Shown: positions 26,596-37,314, counted from the stretch's first letter. The stretch: 64,000 nucleotides of DNA from Thermoanaerobaculia bacterium (GCA_035482045.1 DATHRD010000081.1:6238-70237); one strand, 5' to 3'. The notes: generated by a model not told the origin, from the sequence alone. Program-made: numbers and translations.

Positions 26596-28557
26596 TTACT
26601 TTACCTTCGTTCCCGCCGGAACTGCCGCATCGACGCTCAGCAGCGATGGTTCGCCGTCGATCGAGGCGGCCAGGATCATGCCGTTCGATTCGATGCCCAT
26701 CAGCTTGGCCGGTTGCAGGTTAGCCACGATGACGATTTTGCGTCCGACGAGCTCCTCGGGGGTGTACTTCGTGGCGATGCCAGCGACGATCGTCCGCTCT
26801 TCGTCGCCGGTGAAGACGGTCATCTTCATCAGCTTCTTCGACTTCGGTACTCGTTCCGCGGCGCGGACTTCGGCGACACGGAGGTCGATCTCCATGAACT
26901 GGTCGATGCTGATCTTCGCATTGTCCGGCGGCGCGGCCTGGGTAGTCTCGATCGGGGGGCCGGAATGGGCTGGTTCCGGTGCACTGGCAGCGGCGGGCAC
27001 TTCACTCTTCTCTTCCACGTGTACTCCTTTGATGTATGCCTCAATGTCGATGCGCGGAAAGATGGCCTCGATGGCCCGGACCGGCGCACCGTTCGGCAGG
27101 CCGCCCCACGCCAGCGCGTCGCGGCTGATGAAGCCAGGATCGGCGCCGAGGCGGGTCAGCGCCTCGCGCGTCGTCGACGGCATGAACGGCGCCATCATCA
27201 CCCAGACGATCCGTTGCGCCTCGAGCGTGTTCCACAGAATGCGCGACAGCGTTTCATCCGCGCCGGTTTCCTTGAACTTCTTCCACGGCTCTTTGTTGAC
27301 GATGTAGCCGTTCACGGCCACGAGCAGCTTCCATGCGGCATCGAGCGCGCGCTGGAAGGCCAGCTCGTCCATCGCCTTCAGGTACTCCGGCACGACCTGT
27401 TCCGCGGTGCGAAGAAGTTCGTTGGCGGGACACGACGTCGGCGGAGTCCTGCCGCCGAAATAGGTGTCGGTCATCCTGGTCGAGCGGGAGAGCGTGTTGC
27501 CGAGGTCATTCGCCAGGTCGGCGTTATAGCGGCCGAGGAACGCTTCGTCCGAATAGTTCTGGTCCTGCCCGAAGACCATCTCGCGCAGGAGGAAGTAGCG
27601 CAGCGAATCGGCGCCGAACTCGTCGATGATGTTGTACGGCCGCACCACGTTGCCGAGCGACTTCGAGATCTTCTGATTGTCGCGCAGCCACCAGCCGTGA
27701 CCGACGATCCGCTTGGGCAGCGGAAGCCCCGCCGCCATCAGGAACGCCGGCCAGTAGACCGCGTGGAAGCGGATGATGTCTTTGCCGATGAGATGGATGT
27801 CGGCGGGCCAGTCGTGATCGAACCGTGCGTGTTCGGCGCTGCCGAAGCCGAGCGCGGAAATGTAGTTCGTCAGCGCGTCCAGCCAGACATAGACGACGTG
27901 ATCGGGATGGCCGGGGAAGGGAATGCCCCAGGTGATCGACGTCCTGGAAACCGACAGATCCTTCAGCCCCTGCTCGACGAACGAGACCACCTCGTTCAGG
28001 CGTGTCGGCGGATAGACGAAGCCGGGATTCCGGCGGTAGTGCTCGAGGAGCGGCTCGGTGAAGCGCGAGAGTTTGAAGAAGAAGTTGCGCTCGGTGGTCA
28101 TCTCCACGGGATGGCCGCTCTCGTCTTTCCCATCGCGAACTTGATTCTCGGGGATGAACGTCTCTTCATTCTGGCAATACCAGCCGGAGTGCTCGCCGAG
28201 GTAAATGTTGTCCGGCATCCGCTCCTGAATGCGACGGATCAGCTCCAGAACGCCGAGGTGGTGGCGTTGCTCCGTCGTGCGGATGAAATCGTCGTAGCTG
28301 ATGTCGAGCTTGCGCCACATCTCGTGGTGTTTGGCCACGACACGATCGGCCAGCTCGATGGGAAGAATCCCTTCCTTCGCCGCCGCCCGCTCGATCTTCT
28401 GCCCGTGCTCATCCGCGCCGGTGAGGAACCAGACATCGTCCCCCATCCGCCGCCGGTGGCGGGCGATGACGTCGGCCACGACGTTCTCGTACATATGCCC
28501 GATATGCGGATCGTCGTTGACGTAGTGGATGGCCGTGGTGATGTAGAACTTGCTCAT
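26596..28557 (-). CDS. metG: Methionyl-tRNA synthetase with C-terminal tRNA-binding domain
   Basis: HIGH-type motif (DDPHIGHMYE), KMSKS (KISKSLGN), C-terminal EMAP/Trbp111-like domain. Confidence 0.9.
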   Translation of the reverse strand: MSKFYITTAIHYVNDDPHIGHMYENVVADVIARHRRRMGDDVWFLTGADEHGQKIERAAAKEGILPIELADRVVAKHHEMWRKLDISYDDFIRTTEQRHHLGVLELIRRIQERMPDNIYLGEHSGWYCQNEETFIPENQVRDGKDESGHPVEMTTERNFFFKLSRFTEPLLEHYRRNPGFVYPPTRLNEVVSFVEQGLKDLSVSRTSITWGIPFPGHPDHVVYVWLDALTNYISALGFGSAEHARFDHDWPADIHLIGKDIIRFHAVYWPAFLMAAGLPLPKRIVGHGWWLRDNQKISKSLGNVVRPYNIIDEFGADSLRYFLLREMVFGQDQNYSDEAFLGRYNADLANDLGNTLSRSTRMTDTYFGGRTPPTSCPANELLRTAEQVVPEYLKAMDELAFQRALDAAWKLLVAVNGYIVNKEPWKKFKETGADETLSRILWNTLEAQRIVWVMMAPFMPSTTREALTRLGADPGFISRDALAWGGLPNGAPVRAIEAIFPRIDIEAYIKGVHVEEKSEVPAAASAPEPAHSGPPIETTQAAPPDNAKISIDQFMEIDLRVAEVRAAERVPKSKKLMKMTVFTGDEERTIVAGIATKYTPEELVGRKIVIVANLQPAKLMGIESNGMILAASIDGEPSLLSVDAAVPAGTKVK

Positions 28558-28617
28558 CGCGAAGGGGGAGGGATTGTAGCGTAGGGGCGGTGGTCTGCGA
28601 CGCGAGCGTCCCAGGCC

Positions 28618-29817
28618 TCACGACCGCAACTGACTCTCCAGCTCTTCCGGGCGCGTGGAGCGGATCCTGGCATCCTCTACCGTGATCACTCCCTGTCTCA
28701 CCAGCCGCGCCAGCGAGTCCTCGATCGAAATCATTCCCTGGCGCTTGCCGAGGGTGATCTCGGTGATGAGGTTCTCCATCTTGTCGCGGCGGATGTGATT
28801 GCGGACGGCGGCGTTGGCCAGCAGCACCTCCACGGCCACGGCGCGTCCGTCGCTTGCCGAGGAGGGGACGAGCTGCTGGACGACGATGGCGTTGAGGCTC
28901 AATGCCAGTTGCTGGCGGATCTGGGTCTGTTGCGCCGAGGGGAAGACATCGACGATGCGGTGGATCGCGTGAGCCACATCGCCCGTGTGCAACGTCGAGA
29001 GGATGAGGTGTCCGGTCTCGGCCGCCGTCAGGGCCGTGGCCACGGTCTCGAGATCGCGCATCTCCCCGACCAGGATGACGTCGGGATCCTGACGCAGCGC
29101 CGCGCGCAGGGCGGAGGCGAACGAGGGAGCGTCGCGGCCGACCTCGACCTGTTCGATGACCGACTGAACGTTGCGGTGCTCGTACTCGATGGGGTCTTCG
29201 ATGGTGATGACGTGCCGGGCGTCGTCGCGGTTGATGGCCCCGATCATCGCGGCGAGCGTGGTCGTCTTTCCCGCGCCGGTCGGGCCGCAGACGAGGACCA
29301 GACCGCGTGTCGGCTTCACCAGTTCGCCCAGGACAGGTGGCAGACCCAGTCCGGCGATCGTAGGAACGTTGGTTGGCAACGCTCGGATGGCGGCGGCAAG
29401 CGTGCCGCGCTGCCGGTGAATGTTGACGCGGAAGCGCCAGGTACGCTCGCCGGCTTCCGCCTGCGGGGCCAGCCGAAGCGAGAAGTCGACCGCGCCATCC
29501 TCGGCAATCCGCTCGCGGATGCGCGGTGTCATGTAGGTGTCGAGCAGCGCGGCCACCTCGTCGCCGGAAAGAGGCGCGCTCTCTCCTCGTACCAGGCGTC
29601 CGCCAACGCGGAAGATGGTCGGCGCGCCGGCGATGATGAGCAGGTCGCTCGCGCCGCGTCTCGCCACGTCGATGAGCAGGGTCTCCAGCGGGTTGCCGCT
29701 CGGCACCTGTGCCGCCGGCCAGGGGGAACGGCTCGCGTTCGCCGCCGCCGTCTGGCGCTCTTCGTTGAGCTCTCGGACGAGCCGATCGAGCTCGGGATCA
29801 GGTAGGAGTCGTGTCAT
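28618..29817 (-). CDS. pilT: Twitching motility ATPase PilT
   Basis: Near-colinear with PilT: GLVLVCGPTGAGKTTTLAAM Walker A, HVITIEDPIEYEH, ILVGEMRDLETV, AETGHLILSTLHT. Start set to the ATG with AGGAAA RBS at 29817; the ORF to 29979 is a spurious extension. Confidence 0.8.
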   Translation of the reverse strand: MTRLLPDPELDRLVRELNEERQTAAANASRSPWPAAQVPSGNPLETLLIDVARRGASDLLIIAGAPTIFRVGGRLVRGESAPLSGDEVAALLDTYMTPRIRERIAEDGAVDFSLRLAPQAEAGERTWRFRVNIHRQRGTLAAAIRALPTNVPTIAGLGLPPVLGELVKPTRGLVLVCGPTGAGKTTTLAAMIGAINRDDARHVITIEDPIEYEHRNVQSVIEQVEVGRDAPSFASALRAALRQDPDVILVGEMRDLETVATALTAAETGHLILSTLHTGDVAHAIHRIVDVFPSAQQTQIRQQLALSLNAIVVQQLVPSSASDGRAVAVEVLLANAAVRNHIRRDKMENLITEITLGKRQGMISIEDSLARLVRQGVITVEDARIRSTRPEELESQLRS

Positions 29818-29920
29818 GTCGTTTCCTAATACGAATGAAGTGTGCCAGAAGTAACGGTTCCGAGAGTAGGGGGCGACGCCTCGGAATGGCGCCATCACCC
29901 TCCTCCGTTCCGTCCTTGCG

Positions 29921-31603
29921 GTGCGCAAGTTATTTGTCATGCTCCTGCTTCTGACGTCCCCGGTCATTGCCGACGACATCTCCTCCCGGTCGGTGCAGTC
30001 AGGATGGGACGGGGATGGGAGGCCGCTGTTCGATCATGGCATCCTTGGTCAACGCCAGATCATCGCCGTCCTCGATACAGGCCTCGATTGGGATAGCTGC
30101 TATTTTGCCGAGCCCGACGGCTCGCGTCCTCCGATCAACACCGGGACGCCGCAGGGCGGGCTGAGCTCGTCGAATGTCGACACGAGCCGTCGCAAGGTCA
30201 TCGCGTACGATTTTCTCTACTCGTGCGATCAGTTCCCGGGCGCGTTCGGCTGCGACGATCCAAGCGACCCGACCGCGTACGACAACGCACGCCACGGCAC
30301 GATCGCCGCGGCGGTGGCCGCCGCGGACAGTCACCAGCCGCTGGTCTATGACGACGCTGCCGACGGCATCGCCCCGGGCGCCAAGCTGATCGTGCAGGAT
30401 GGGGGATTCATCGGCGGCGATAACTGCAGCCAGCGTCCGGGCTTCGGTTGCCCGGTCAACCTGACGCCGATCCTCGATCAGGCCTACAGACAGGGGGCTC
30501 GCATCCATTCGAACTCGTGGGGCGATCGGCAGGACGCGCCGAATGGGTTCCCGACGCCGACCGCGAACTACTCCGCCAGCGCCCGCGATGTCGACGCGTT
30601 TGTCTGGTCGCATCCGGACATGCTCCTCGTCTTCGATACCGGAAACTTCTCCACTGAGAGTGCGCCGCCGGCCAGTTCTCTGGCTGCGCCCGGCTGTGCG
30701 AAGAACACGCTGCAAGTCGGAGGGACGCGCTATCCCGGCCAGCTCGACAGCGTCGTGTCGCCGTTCTCGCTCATCGGTCCGACACGCGACGGCCGCGTCA
30801 AACCTGATGTCGTAGCCCCGGCCGTCGTGCTCGCCGGCGACAGCGACGGCGACATTACGACGCACGACTGCATCACCACTGAACAGGAGGGGACCTCGTG
30901 GTCGGCGCCGGCCGTGGCAGGGGAGGCGGCACTCGTCCGGCAATACTTCACGGACGGTTTCTACCCGACCGGCGTAGCGACGATTTCCAATGCCTTCGTC
31001 CCGAGCGCGGCGCTGCTGAAGGCGACCCTGATCGCCGCGGCGCGTGCCGTGCCAAATGATTGGATCTACAACGTCGGACTCACGCCCGCCAAGCCGGTCC
31101 CAAACTACGAACAGGGCTTCGGCTTCCCCGTGCTCGACGATGCGCTTTACTTTCCGGGTGATCGCCTGCACACGCGGGTGGTTGATGTGCCGCTCGCACA
31201 GGGTCTTGCCCAAGGGGAGACCGCAACGCTTCGGCTCAATGTCATCCCTGATGCACCGTTGAAGGCTGTGCTCGTCTGGACCGATCCCGCCGGTACACCG
31301 CGAGGTGTGTCGGACCCAACCCCGGAGCTTGTAAACGATCTCGATCTCCTTGTGACCGATGCGGCCGGCTCTTCGATGTTCGGCAACGAATCGCTCCATC
31401 CCGGGCAGCCCGATCGCCTCAACAACGTCGAGGTGGTCTCGATCGCCCAACCAACCTCGGGCACGTACACCATCTCGGTAACCGCCGCCCACCTCGGCTT
31501 CGGCACGCGCCAGAGCTATGCTCTCGTCGTCACAGGGGATCTGGCCGATCCCATCCCCCCAATGGCGAATCCGTCGGCGCGCGTCCGTGCCGTGCGGCAC
31601 TAG
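29921..31603 (+). CDS. Secreted subtilisin-like serine protease (S8)
   Basis: Signal peptide; D in IIAVLDTGLD, H in HGTIAAAVAA, S in GTSWSAPAVAGEAAL. Confidence 0.8.
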   Translation: MRKLFVMLLLLTSPVIADDISSRSVQSGWDGDGRPLFDHGILGQRQIIAVLDTGLDWDSCYFAEPDGSRPPINTGTPQGGLSSSNVDTSRRKVIAYDFLYSCDQFPGAFGCDDPSDPTAYDNARHGTIAAAVAAADSHQPLVYDDAADGIAPGAKLIVQDGGFIGGDNCSQRPGFGCPVNLTPILDQAYRQGARIHSNSWGDRQDAPNGFPTPTANYSASARDVDAFVWSHPDMLLVFDTGNFSTESAPPASSLAAPGCAKNTLQVGGTRYPGQLDSVVSPFSLIGPTRDGRVKPDVVAPAVVLAGDSDGDITTHDCITTEQEGTSWSAPAVAGEAALVRQYFTDGFYPTGVATISNAFVPSAALLKATLIAAARAVPNDWIYNVGLTPAKPVPNYEQGFGFPVLDDALYFPGDRLHTRVVDVPLAQGLAQGETATLRLNVIPDAPLKAVLVWTDPAGTPRGVSDPTPELVNDLDLLVTDAAGSSMFGNESLHPGQPDRLNNVEVVSIAQPTSGTYTISVTAAHLGFGTRQSYALVVTGDLADPIPPMANPSARVRAVRH

Positions 31604-31732
31604 CGCAGCGTAGCGCCAGCGGCTCGCTGGCTGTACCGCCGCCGGCTCGGCGGCGCGTTACCCCGCAAACCGCCAGCGAGCCGCTGGCGGTCCGGCCGAC
31701 GAGCCGTCGGCGCTACGTTGGCGGCGCTACGA
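31604..31732. repeat. GC-rich palindromic hairpin (GCGTAGCGCCAGCGGCTCGCTGGC ... GCCAGCGAGCCGCTGGCG ... GCGCTACG)
   Basis: Sits between the S8 protease and serS. Confidence 0.7.
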
Positions 31733-31757
31733 TGCCCCACTGCTAGAATCCCCCGCC

Positions 31758-33026
31758 ATGCTTTCCCGCGAATATCTCCGCGAACATACGGACGCCTATC
31801 GCACCGCGCTGAAGAACCGCGGCGCGAACGTTGATCTCGAGCGCTTTCTCGAACTCGACATCGAGCGCCGCCGCACCATCGCTCAAGTCGAGGCGCTCAA
31901 AGCGCAACGCAACGCGGCGTCGCAGGAGATCGCGAGCCTCAAGAAGAACAAGCAGGACGCCGGCGCGCAGATCGAGGCGATGAAGGGCGTCGGCGACGAG
32001 ATCAGGAAGCTCGATGAGCAACTCGCCGTGATCGAGGCGGATCTGCGCAATGTCGAGCTCTACTTCCCCAACGTCCCGCACGAATCCGTTCCCGTGGGTC
32101 CGGACGAGACGCACAACCGCGTCGAGCGCGCCTGGGGTGAGAAACCCGCGTTTTCGTTCACGCCGAAGGCGCACTGGGACATCGGCGAGGCGCTCGGCAT
32201 CCTCGATTTCGACCGCGCCTCCAAGATCACCGGCGCCCGGTTCTCTATCTTGACCGGTGCCGGGGCGAAGCTGAATCGGGCGCTGATCAACTTCATGCTC
32301 GACATCCACGAGCAGCAGAACTACGTGGAGGTCGTCCCGCCGTTCATGGTCAACGCCGACTCGCTTCGGGGCACGGGACAACTGCCGAAGTTCGAGGAAG
32401 ACCTCTTCAAGCTGACGGATCGCGACTACTACCTGATTCCCACGGCCGAGGTGCCTGTCACGAATCTTCATCGCGACGAGATTCTCGATGGGGCCAAACT
32501 GCCAATCTCGTACACCGCCTACTCGCCGTGCTTCCGCAGCGAGGCCGGGTCGTACGGCAAAGATACGCGGGGTCTCATCCGACAGCATCAGTTCGAGAAA
32601 GTGGAGATCGTGAAATTCACGACGCCCGAGACATCGTGGGAGGAGCACGAGAAGCTCACCGCTGATGCCGAGGCCGTGCTGCGCGCCCTCGGTCTGCACT
32701 ACCGCGTCATGACTCTCTGTACGGGCGACATGGGCTTCACTGCGGCGAAGACCTACGACCTGGAAGTGTGGCTGCCGGGGCAGCAGACCTATCGCGAGAT
32801 CAGCTCCTGCTCCAACTTCGTCGATTTCCAGGCTCGGCGCGCCAATATCCGCTATCGCTCCACGGAGAAGAAGACGGGCTACGTTCACACCCTCAACGGC
32901 TCCGGCCTGGCGATCGGCCGCACGCTCGTGGCCATCCTCGAGAACTACCAGAATGAGGATGGGTCGGTGCGGGTGCCGGAGGCGTTGCGGGGGTACATGA
33001 AGGGTGTGGAGGTCATTAGCTCTTAG
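31758..33026 (+). CDS. serS: Seryl-tRNA synthetase
   Basis: N-terminal coiled-coil arm, class II motifs ([41 protein letters not shown]). Confidence 0.9.
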   Translation: MLSREYLREHTDAYRTALKNRGANVDLERFLELDIERRRTIAQVEALKAQRNAASQEIASLKKNKQDAGAQIEAMKGVGDEIRKLDEQLAVIEADLRNVELYFPNVPHESVPVGPDETHNRVERAWGEKPAFSFTPKAHWDIGEALGILDFDRASKITGARFSILTGAGAKLNRALINFMLDIHEQQNYVEVVPPFMVNADSLRGTGQLPKFEEDLFKLTDRDYYLIPTAEVPVTNLHRDEILDGAKLPISYTAYSPCFRSEAGSYGKDTRGLIRQHQFEKVEIVKFTTPETSWEEHEKLTADAEAVLRALGLHYRVMTLCTGDMGFTAAKTYDLEVWLPGQQTYREISSCSNFVDFQARRANIRYRSTEKKTGYVHTLNGSGLAIGRTLVAILENYQNEDGSVRVPEALRGYMKGVEVISS

Positions 33027-33128
33027 CTCTTAGCTGTTAGCTCTTGGCTCGGAGGGGAAAGGGCAAAGGCGCACCAAGAGCGCACCAAGAGCGCACCAAG
33101 AGCTGAGAGCTAAGAGCTAACAGCGGCT
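33027..33128. repeat. Tandem-repeat hairpin (AGCTCTT/AGCTGTT array ... GCGCACCAAGA x3 ... AGCTAAGAGCT)
   Basis: tagctcttagctcttagctgttagctcttggctc ... gcgcaccaagagcgcaccaagagcgcaccaagagctgagagctaagagctaacagc. Confidence 0.8.
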
Positions 33129-33152
33129 TTTTTCGCGTCTTCGCGCCTTCGC

Positions 33153-35651
33153 GTGACAAGATTCCTGTTCATGAAACGCCTCGCTGCGCTACTCCTCCTC
33201 GCCGCTTGCACGACGACCTCGGCACCGCCACCGCAGGCGCCTGCGCCGCCGGCACCCGCGGCTGTCGTGGTCCCGGAAAAGACCACGATCGAATCGAAGA
33301 CGGCCAAGCTGCATAAGCTCGACGGCTACATTCCTCTTTACTGGGACGCGGAGAGCGGCAAGCTCTTCATGCAGATCTCCCGGTTCGGCGAAGAGCTGCT
33401 CTACCAATCGTCTTTGCCGGCGGGCGTCGGCTCGAATCCGATCGGGCTCGATCGCGGTGTCCTCGGGCAGACGCAGATCGTCACCTTCGACCGGATCGGA
33501 CCGAAGGTGTTGATGACGGCGACCAACAATCGCTTCCGCGCGCTCAGCAGCGACGAAGCGGAGCGGCGCGCAGTCGCCGATTCCTTCGCGCGTTCGGTGA
33601 TGTGGTCGTTCAAAGTGGAAGCGAGCGACGCGACGTCGGTCCTCGTCGATGCCACCGACTTTTTTCTCAGCGACCAGCAAGGAGTTACCCGCACGCTGCG
33701 TGCGACGCAGCAAGGAAAATACACGCTCGACAGGGACCGCTGCGCCATCTACCTGCCGCGCACGAAAGCGTTCCCGCGCAACACAGAAATCGAGGCCGTG
33801 CTGACCTTCCAGACCAGCGACCCGCCGGGCGCATTCGTCAGAGGCGTCACGCCCATTCCCGACAGCGTCACCGTGCGCGAGCACCACTCGCTCGTCGCTC
33901 TGCCGCCTCCCGGCTATACGCCGCGGCGTGCCGATCCCCGCGTCGGTGTCTTCAGCATCGACTTCTTCGACTTCGCCAGCCCTTTCACCGGGCCGATCGA
34001 GAAACAGTGGATCGCGCGGCATCGTTTAATCAAGAGAAACCCGGGCGCCGCGGTCTCCGAGCCGGTCGAACCGATCGTCTACTACGTCGATCCAGGCGCG
34101 CCGGAGCCGATCCGTAGTGCCCTGCTGGAGGGCGTGTCCTGGTGGAATGCCGCATTCGAGGCCGCCGGCTTCCGCAATGCCTTTCAGGTGAAGGTCCTTC
34201 CGCCCGACGCGGATCCCATGGACATCCGCTACAACATGATCAACTGGGTCCATCGCGCGCAGAGAGGCTGGTCGTACGGCGCCGCGGTGATCGACCCGCG
34301 GACGGGGGAGATCCTCAAGGGGAACGTCACGCTCGGCTCGTTGCGTATCCGCACGGACGTGCTCATCGCCGAGGGACTCGTGCCGCAGTTTGACGAGTTG
34401 CATGATCGCGCCCTCTCCGCGCTCGATCCGACCACGTCACCATCCATGATGGCGCTGGCCCGAATCCGCCAGCTCGCCGCCCACGAGACCGGCCACACCC
34501 TTGGGCTCGACCACAACATGGCCGCGTCGAGCTACGGCCGGGCTTCGGTGATGGACTATCCAGCGCCGTACGTGAAGATCACCGGCGGGAAGCTCGATCT
34601 CTCCGATGCCTATGCCAAAGGGATCGGTTCGTATGACAAGTGGGTCATCCGGTATGCCTATGCCCAGTTCTCGCTTGGTGCGAACGAAGAGCAGGAGCTC
34701 GATCGCATCGTTCGCGAAGCGCCGCTCTTCATCACCGATCCGGAGTCACGTCCCGTGAGCGCCGCGCATCCTCAGGCGTCTGTGTGGGACAGCCCTGGGA
34801 ACGCTGTCGAGATGCTGGGCCACGAGATCGAAGTGCGGCGCATCGCGTTGTCTCAGTTCGGTCTGGGCAACATCCCGATCGGAACGCCGCTGGCAGAGCT
34901 CGAAGAGATGCTCGTGCCGCTCTATCTGCATCACCGCTATCAACTCGAAGCGGCCGCCAAATCGATCGGCGGACTCGATTACACCTACAGCGTCAAGGAA
35001 GAAGATGGCCTGGTGCCGACGCCGACGCGCCGCATTCTTCCCGCCGCCGCGCAGCGCGACGCACTCAGCGCTGTGCTTTCGACGCTTGATCCCGGGTTCC
35101 TGGAGATCCCGCCCCGCATCCTTGCGCTCATCCCGCCGCGCGGCAACGTCGACGTCACCAGCAACACGGAGCTTTTCGAACACCACACCACGCCGGCCTT
35201 CGATCCGGTCAGCGCGGCGGTGGCCTCCGCGGACATCACCCTGGCCGCGCTGCTCGATCCGCGCCGGGCCGCGCGGCTGGTGCAGTTCCACGCCGAAGAC
35301 GCCGCAAATCCGGACTTCAACGAAGTCGTCGGCGACGTCATCGCCGCGGTCACACGCCATGAGGCGGGCTACCGCGGTGCGATCGTCAGGGCGACCGCGC
35401 GTCTGGCCGCCACACGTCTCATGGATCTGGCGGCGAATGGCGACGCGGATCCGCAGGTGCGCGCCGAGGCCAGCGAGGGATTGCGGCGGCTTGCCGTGAA
35501 GCTCGGTGATGCGGGCATCCACGATGATGCGGAGATCGCGCATCGTCACGCCCTCCGCGAAGACATCGCCCGCTTCCTGGAGCGTCCTGATCAGCCGCGG
35601 ACGCAGCCGAAACTGCCGGAAGTGCCGCCGGGGCCACCGATCGGGGACTGA
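33153..35651 (+). CDS. Large secreted/lipoprotein zinc-dependent metalloprotease (DUF4953/DUF5117-like)
   Basis: Lipoprotein signal (LLLAACTT); HETGHTLGLDHN zinc motif. Confidence 0.7.
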   Translation: MTRFLFMKRLAALLLLAACTTTSAPPPQAPAPPAPAAVVVPEKTTIESKTAKLHKLDGYIPLYWDAESGKLFMQISRFGEELLYQSSLPAGVGSNPIGLDRGVLGQTQIVTFDRIGPKVLMTATNNRFRALSSDEAERRAVADSFARSVMWSFKVEASDATSVLVDATDFFLSDQQGVTRTLRATQQGKYTLDRDRCAIYLPRTKAFPRNTEIEAVLTFQTSDPPGAFVRGVTPIPDSVTVREHHSLVALPPPGYTPRRADPRVGVFSIDFFDFASPFTGPIEKQWIARHRLIKRNPGAAVSEPVEPIVYYVDPGAPEPIRSALLEGVSWWNAAFEAAGFRNAFQVKVLPPDADPMDIRYNMINWVHRAQRGWSYGAAVIDPRTGEILKGNVTLGSLRIRTDVLIAEGLVPQFDELHDRALSALDPTTSPSMMALARIRQLAAHETGHTLGLDHNMAASSYGRASVMDYPAPYVKITGGKLDLSDAYAKGIGSYDKWVIRYAYAQFSLGANEEQELDRIVREAPLFITDPESRPVSAAHPQASVWDSPGNAVEMLGHEIEVRRIALSQFGLGNIPIGTPLAELEEMLVPLYLHHRYQLEAAAKSIGGLDYTYSVKEEDGLVPTPTRRILPAAAQRDALSAVLSTLDPGFLEIPPRILALIPPRGNVDVTSNTELFEHHTTPAFDPVSAAVASADITLAALLDPRRAARLVQFHAEDAANPDFNEVVGDVIAAVTRHEAGYRGAIVRATARLAATRLMDLAANGDADPQVRAEASEGLRRLAVKLGDAGIHDDAEIAHRHALREDIARFLERPDQPRTQPKLPEVPPGPPIGD

Positions 35652-35659
35652 TGGGGTGA

Positions 35660-35782
35660 AAGGCTCAATGTTGAATGTTGAATGTTCAGTGTTGAATGTT
35701 GAATGGACGCAGCAGTAGGTCTGAGTCATTCAACACTCAACATTCAACATTCAACATTCGACTCTCAACGTTCGACTCTCCC
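35660..35782. repeat. TTGAATG-family hairpin
   Basis: ctcaatgttgaatgttgaatgttcagtgttgaatgttgaatg ... cattcaacactcaacattcaacattcaacattcgactctcaacgttcg. Confidence 0.85.
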
Positions 35783-35914
35783 CCGCGTAGAACCCTCTTC
35801 GAAGTGCGAAGTTCCTTGCCTCCGATTCGTGTCTTTCCTGGCCGCGATCGGAGCGTCTACGCCGGGTAGCGCAGCAGGCAGGAATCCCGCACCGGGCTCA
35901 GCCCGAATGGTGCG

Positions 35915-36142
35915 TTACCGCTCCTCTTCTTCGAGATCGAACAGGTCGTTGGCCCGTACCGGCTCATGCGCCAGGCGCCGGCAGGCCGCGATGATGGCGG
36001 CGATGCAGCGGCGAGTCGGTTCCATCCGTCCCATTCGGATCCGCAAGAGGTGCTGGCGGCTGTACCCCGATTCGCGAGCGAGGTGCGCCGGTTTGATCCC
36101 GCGGCTTTTCAGATACTGCTCGAGTCGTGTCGGCATGTGCAA
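35915..36142 (-). CDS. Small XRE-family HTH transcriptional regulator (Cro/CI-like)
   Basis: LKSRGIKPAHLARESGYSRQHLLRI helix-turn-helix; divergent from the XRE/S24 repressor gene. Confidence 0.6.
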   Translation of the reverse strand: MHMPTRLEQYLKSRGIKPAHLARESGYSRQHLLRIRMGRMEPTRRCIAAIIAACRRLAHEPVRANDLFDLEEEER

Positions 36143-36454
36143 TATAGTGCATCTTATGCCGATGCATGATGTGTGTCAATCTATAGGGGCGTCGCCTCGG
36201 AGCGAAAACCCATCAGTTTTGACATGTGAAGCGCAAAATCCTGCCTTCGTGCCTTCGTTCCTGAGCAATCATCACTCCATGTTCCTTTTTCCCGTGTGAA
36301 CTATTTTTGATCCACGGGGGGTGGAAACCCCAGTATCCGTCACCCCTTAGGCGAGTCTGTGTCGGCATTCGGCGGTTTCGCGCCCGTCGTGGCCGGCGAT
36401 TTGAGGGGTGTGCAACCTTCTGAGGGCCACGAACGGGCAACGGTCGTGAGTTGC

Positions 36455-36474
36455 TAACATTGCCGAAAGCTAGT
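36455..36474. promoter_or_regulatory. Palindromic candidate operator TAGTAAC-N6-GTTACTA immediately upstream of the XRE/S24 repressor gene
   Basis: tagtaacttataggttacta sits 18 nt before the start codon in an unusually AT-rich stretch. Confidence 0.45.
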
Positions 36475-36491
36475 AACTTATAGGTTACTAT

Positions 36492-37310
36492 TTGCCCATG
36501 CTTGGAGAAACAGTACGCGCCACCAGGGTCAAACGAGGCTTCACGCAAGCCCATCTGGCCCGTCTCGCCGACGTGAGCCGCCGCCACCTCGCCGCGCTCG
36601 AAAAAGGGGCCAATGTTTCCATCAACGTCCTCCGCAAGGTGGCCTCCGTTCTCGACCTCGCGGAGATCGACCTTGGCGAGCTGACGGTCCAGACACCCAA
36701 ATCAGCGTCCAGCCCGGTCAACATAACGCTTCTCGCCGACACGATTCGCGAAGCCCACGCCGACGCCTTCCGCGCGCAGTCGCTCATGGAGCGTGCCGAG
36801 ACGATTCTCGACAACGGTGACGGCCAGAAGCACGGCAGTGGACTGGTGGCGCACTTTCCGAAGATGCCGCACCAACTCCTCGACCTCCGCCGCCGGCGCC
36901 GCTCGGGCGGAGCGCTTGCCGACAAAGGCGGCCCGGTGGGCATACCGATCGCCGGCGAGATTCGCCAGGGTGAAGCGGTGGTCGAGCTCTCCGGCGAAAC
37001 CTCGCCACTCCCTCCCTCCATCGTCGAGAAAGGCGAAGTCGTCTTCCGCGCCCGCGGCGACAAGATGCGCGAACAGGGCATCGAGGATGGCGATCTCCTC
37101 GTCGTCGAGCTCCGCCAGACGGGACGAGCCTCCTCGGGAGAGCTGGTCATCGGCAAAGTCGGCGACCTTCTCTACGTCGGCCGCTGGTGGCAGAAGCACG
37201 GCCAGAAAGCGATCATGACCGACGGTCCGTCCGAGCTGACGACCGGTGGGACGTCGAAACGTTCGCTGAAGGTGCTGGCGGCGATCAACGCGATTGTTCG
37301 ACCGAAGTGA
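36492..37310 (+). CDS. CI/LexA-like repressor: XRE HTH plus S24-type C-terminal domain with Ser-to-Lys substitution
   Basis: N-terminal HTH_3 (RGFTQAHLARLADVSRRHL); C-terminal S24 fold (GDKMRE...DGDLLVVE...IGKVGD). The position equivalent to the LexA GDSM serine is Lys. Confidence 0.7.
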   Translation: MPMLGETVRATRVKRGFTQAHLARLADVSRRHLAALEKGANVSINVLRKVASVLDLAEIDLGELTVQTPKSASSPVNITLLADTIREAHADAFRAQSLMERAETILDNGDGQKHGSGLVAHFPKMPHQLLDLRRRRRSGGALADKGGPVGIPIAGEIRQGEAVVELSGETSPLPPSIVEKGEVVFRARGDKMREQGIEDGDLLVVELRQTGRASSGELVIGKVGDLLYVGRWWQKHGQKAIMTDGPSELTTGGTSKRSLKVLAAINAIVRPK

Positions 37311-37314
37311 TGTT

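Noticed and set aside
26440-26600. Possible small RNA or tRNA between metG and the receiver-gene cluster (GCTACCCC ... GGGGTAGC stem)
   Set aside because: It is only a simple stem-loop plus an AT-richer tract, with no recognisable RNA family features. It is more likely an ordinary terminator/promoter spacer, so confidence was too low to call.
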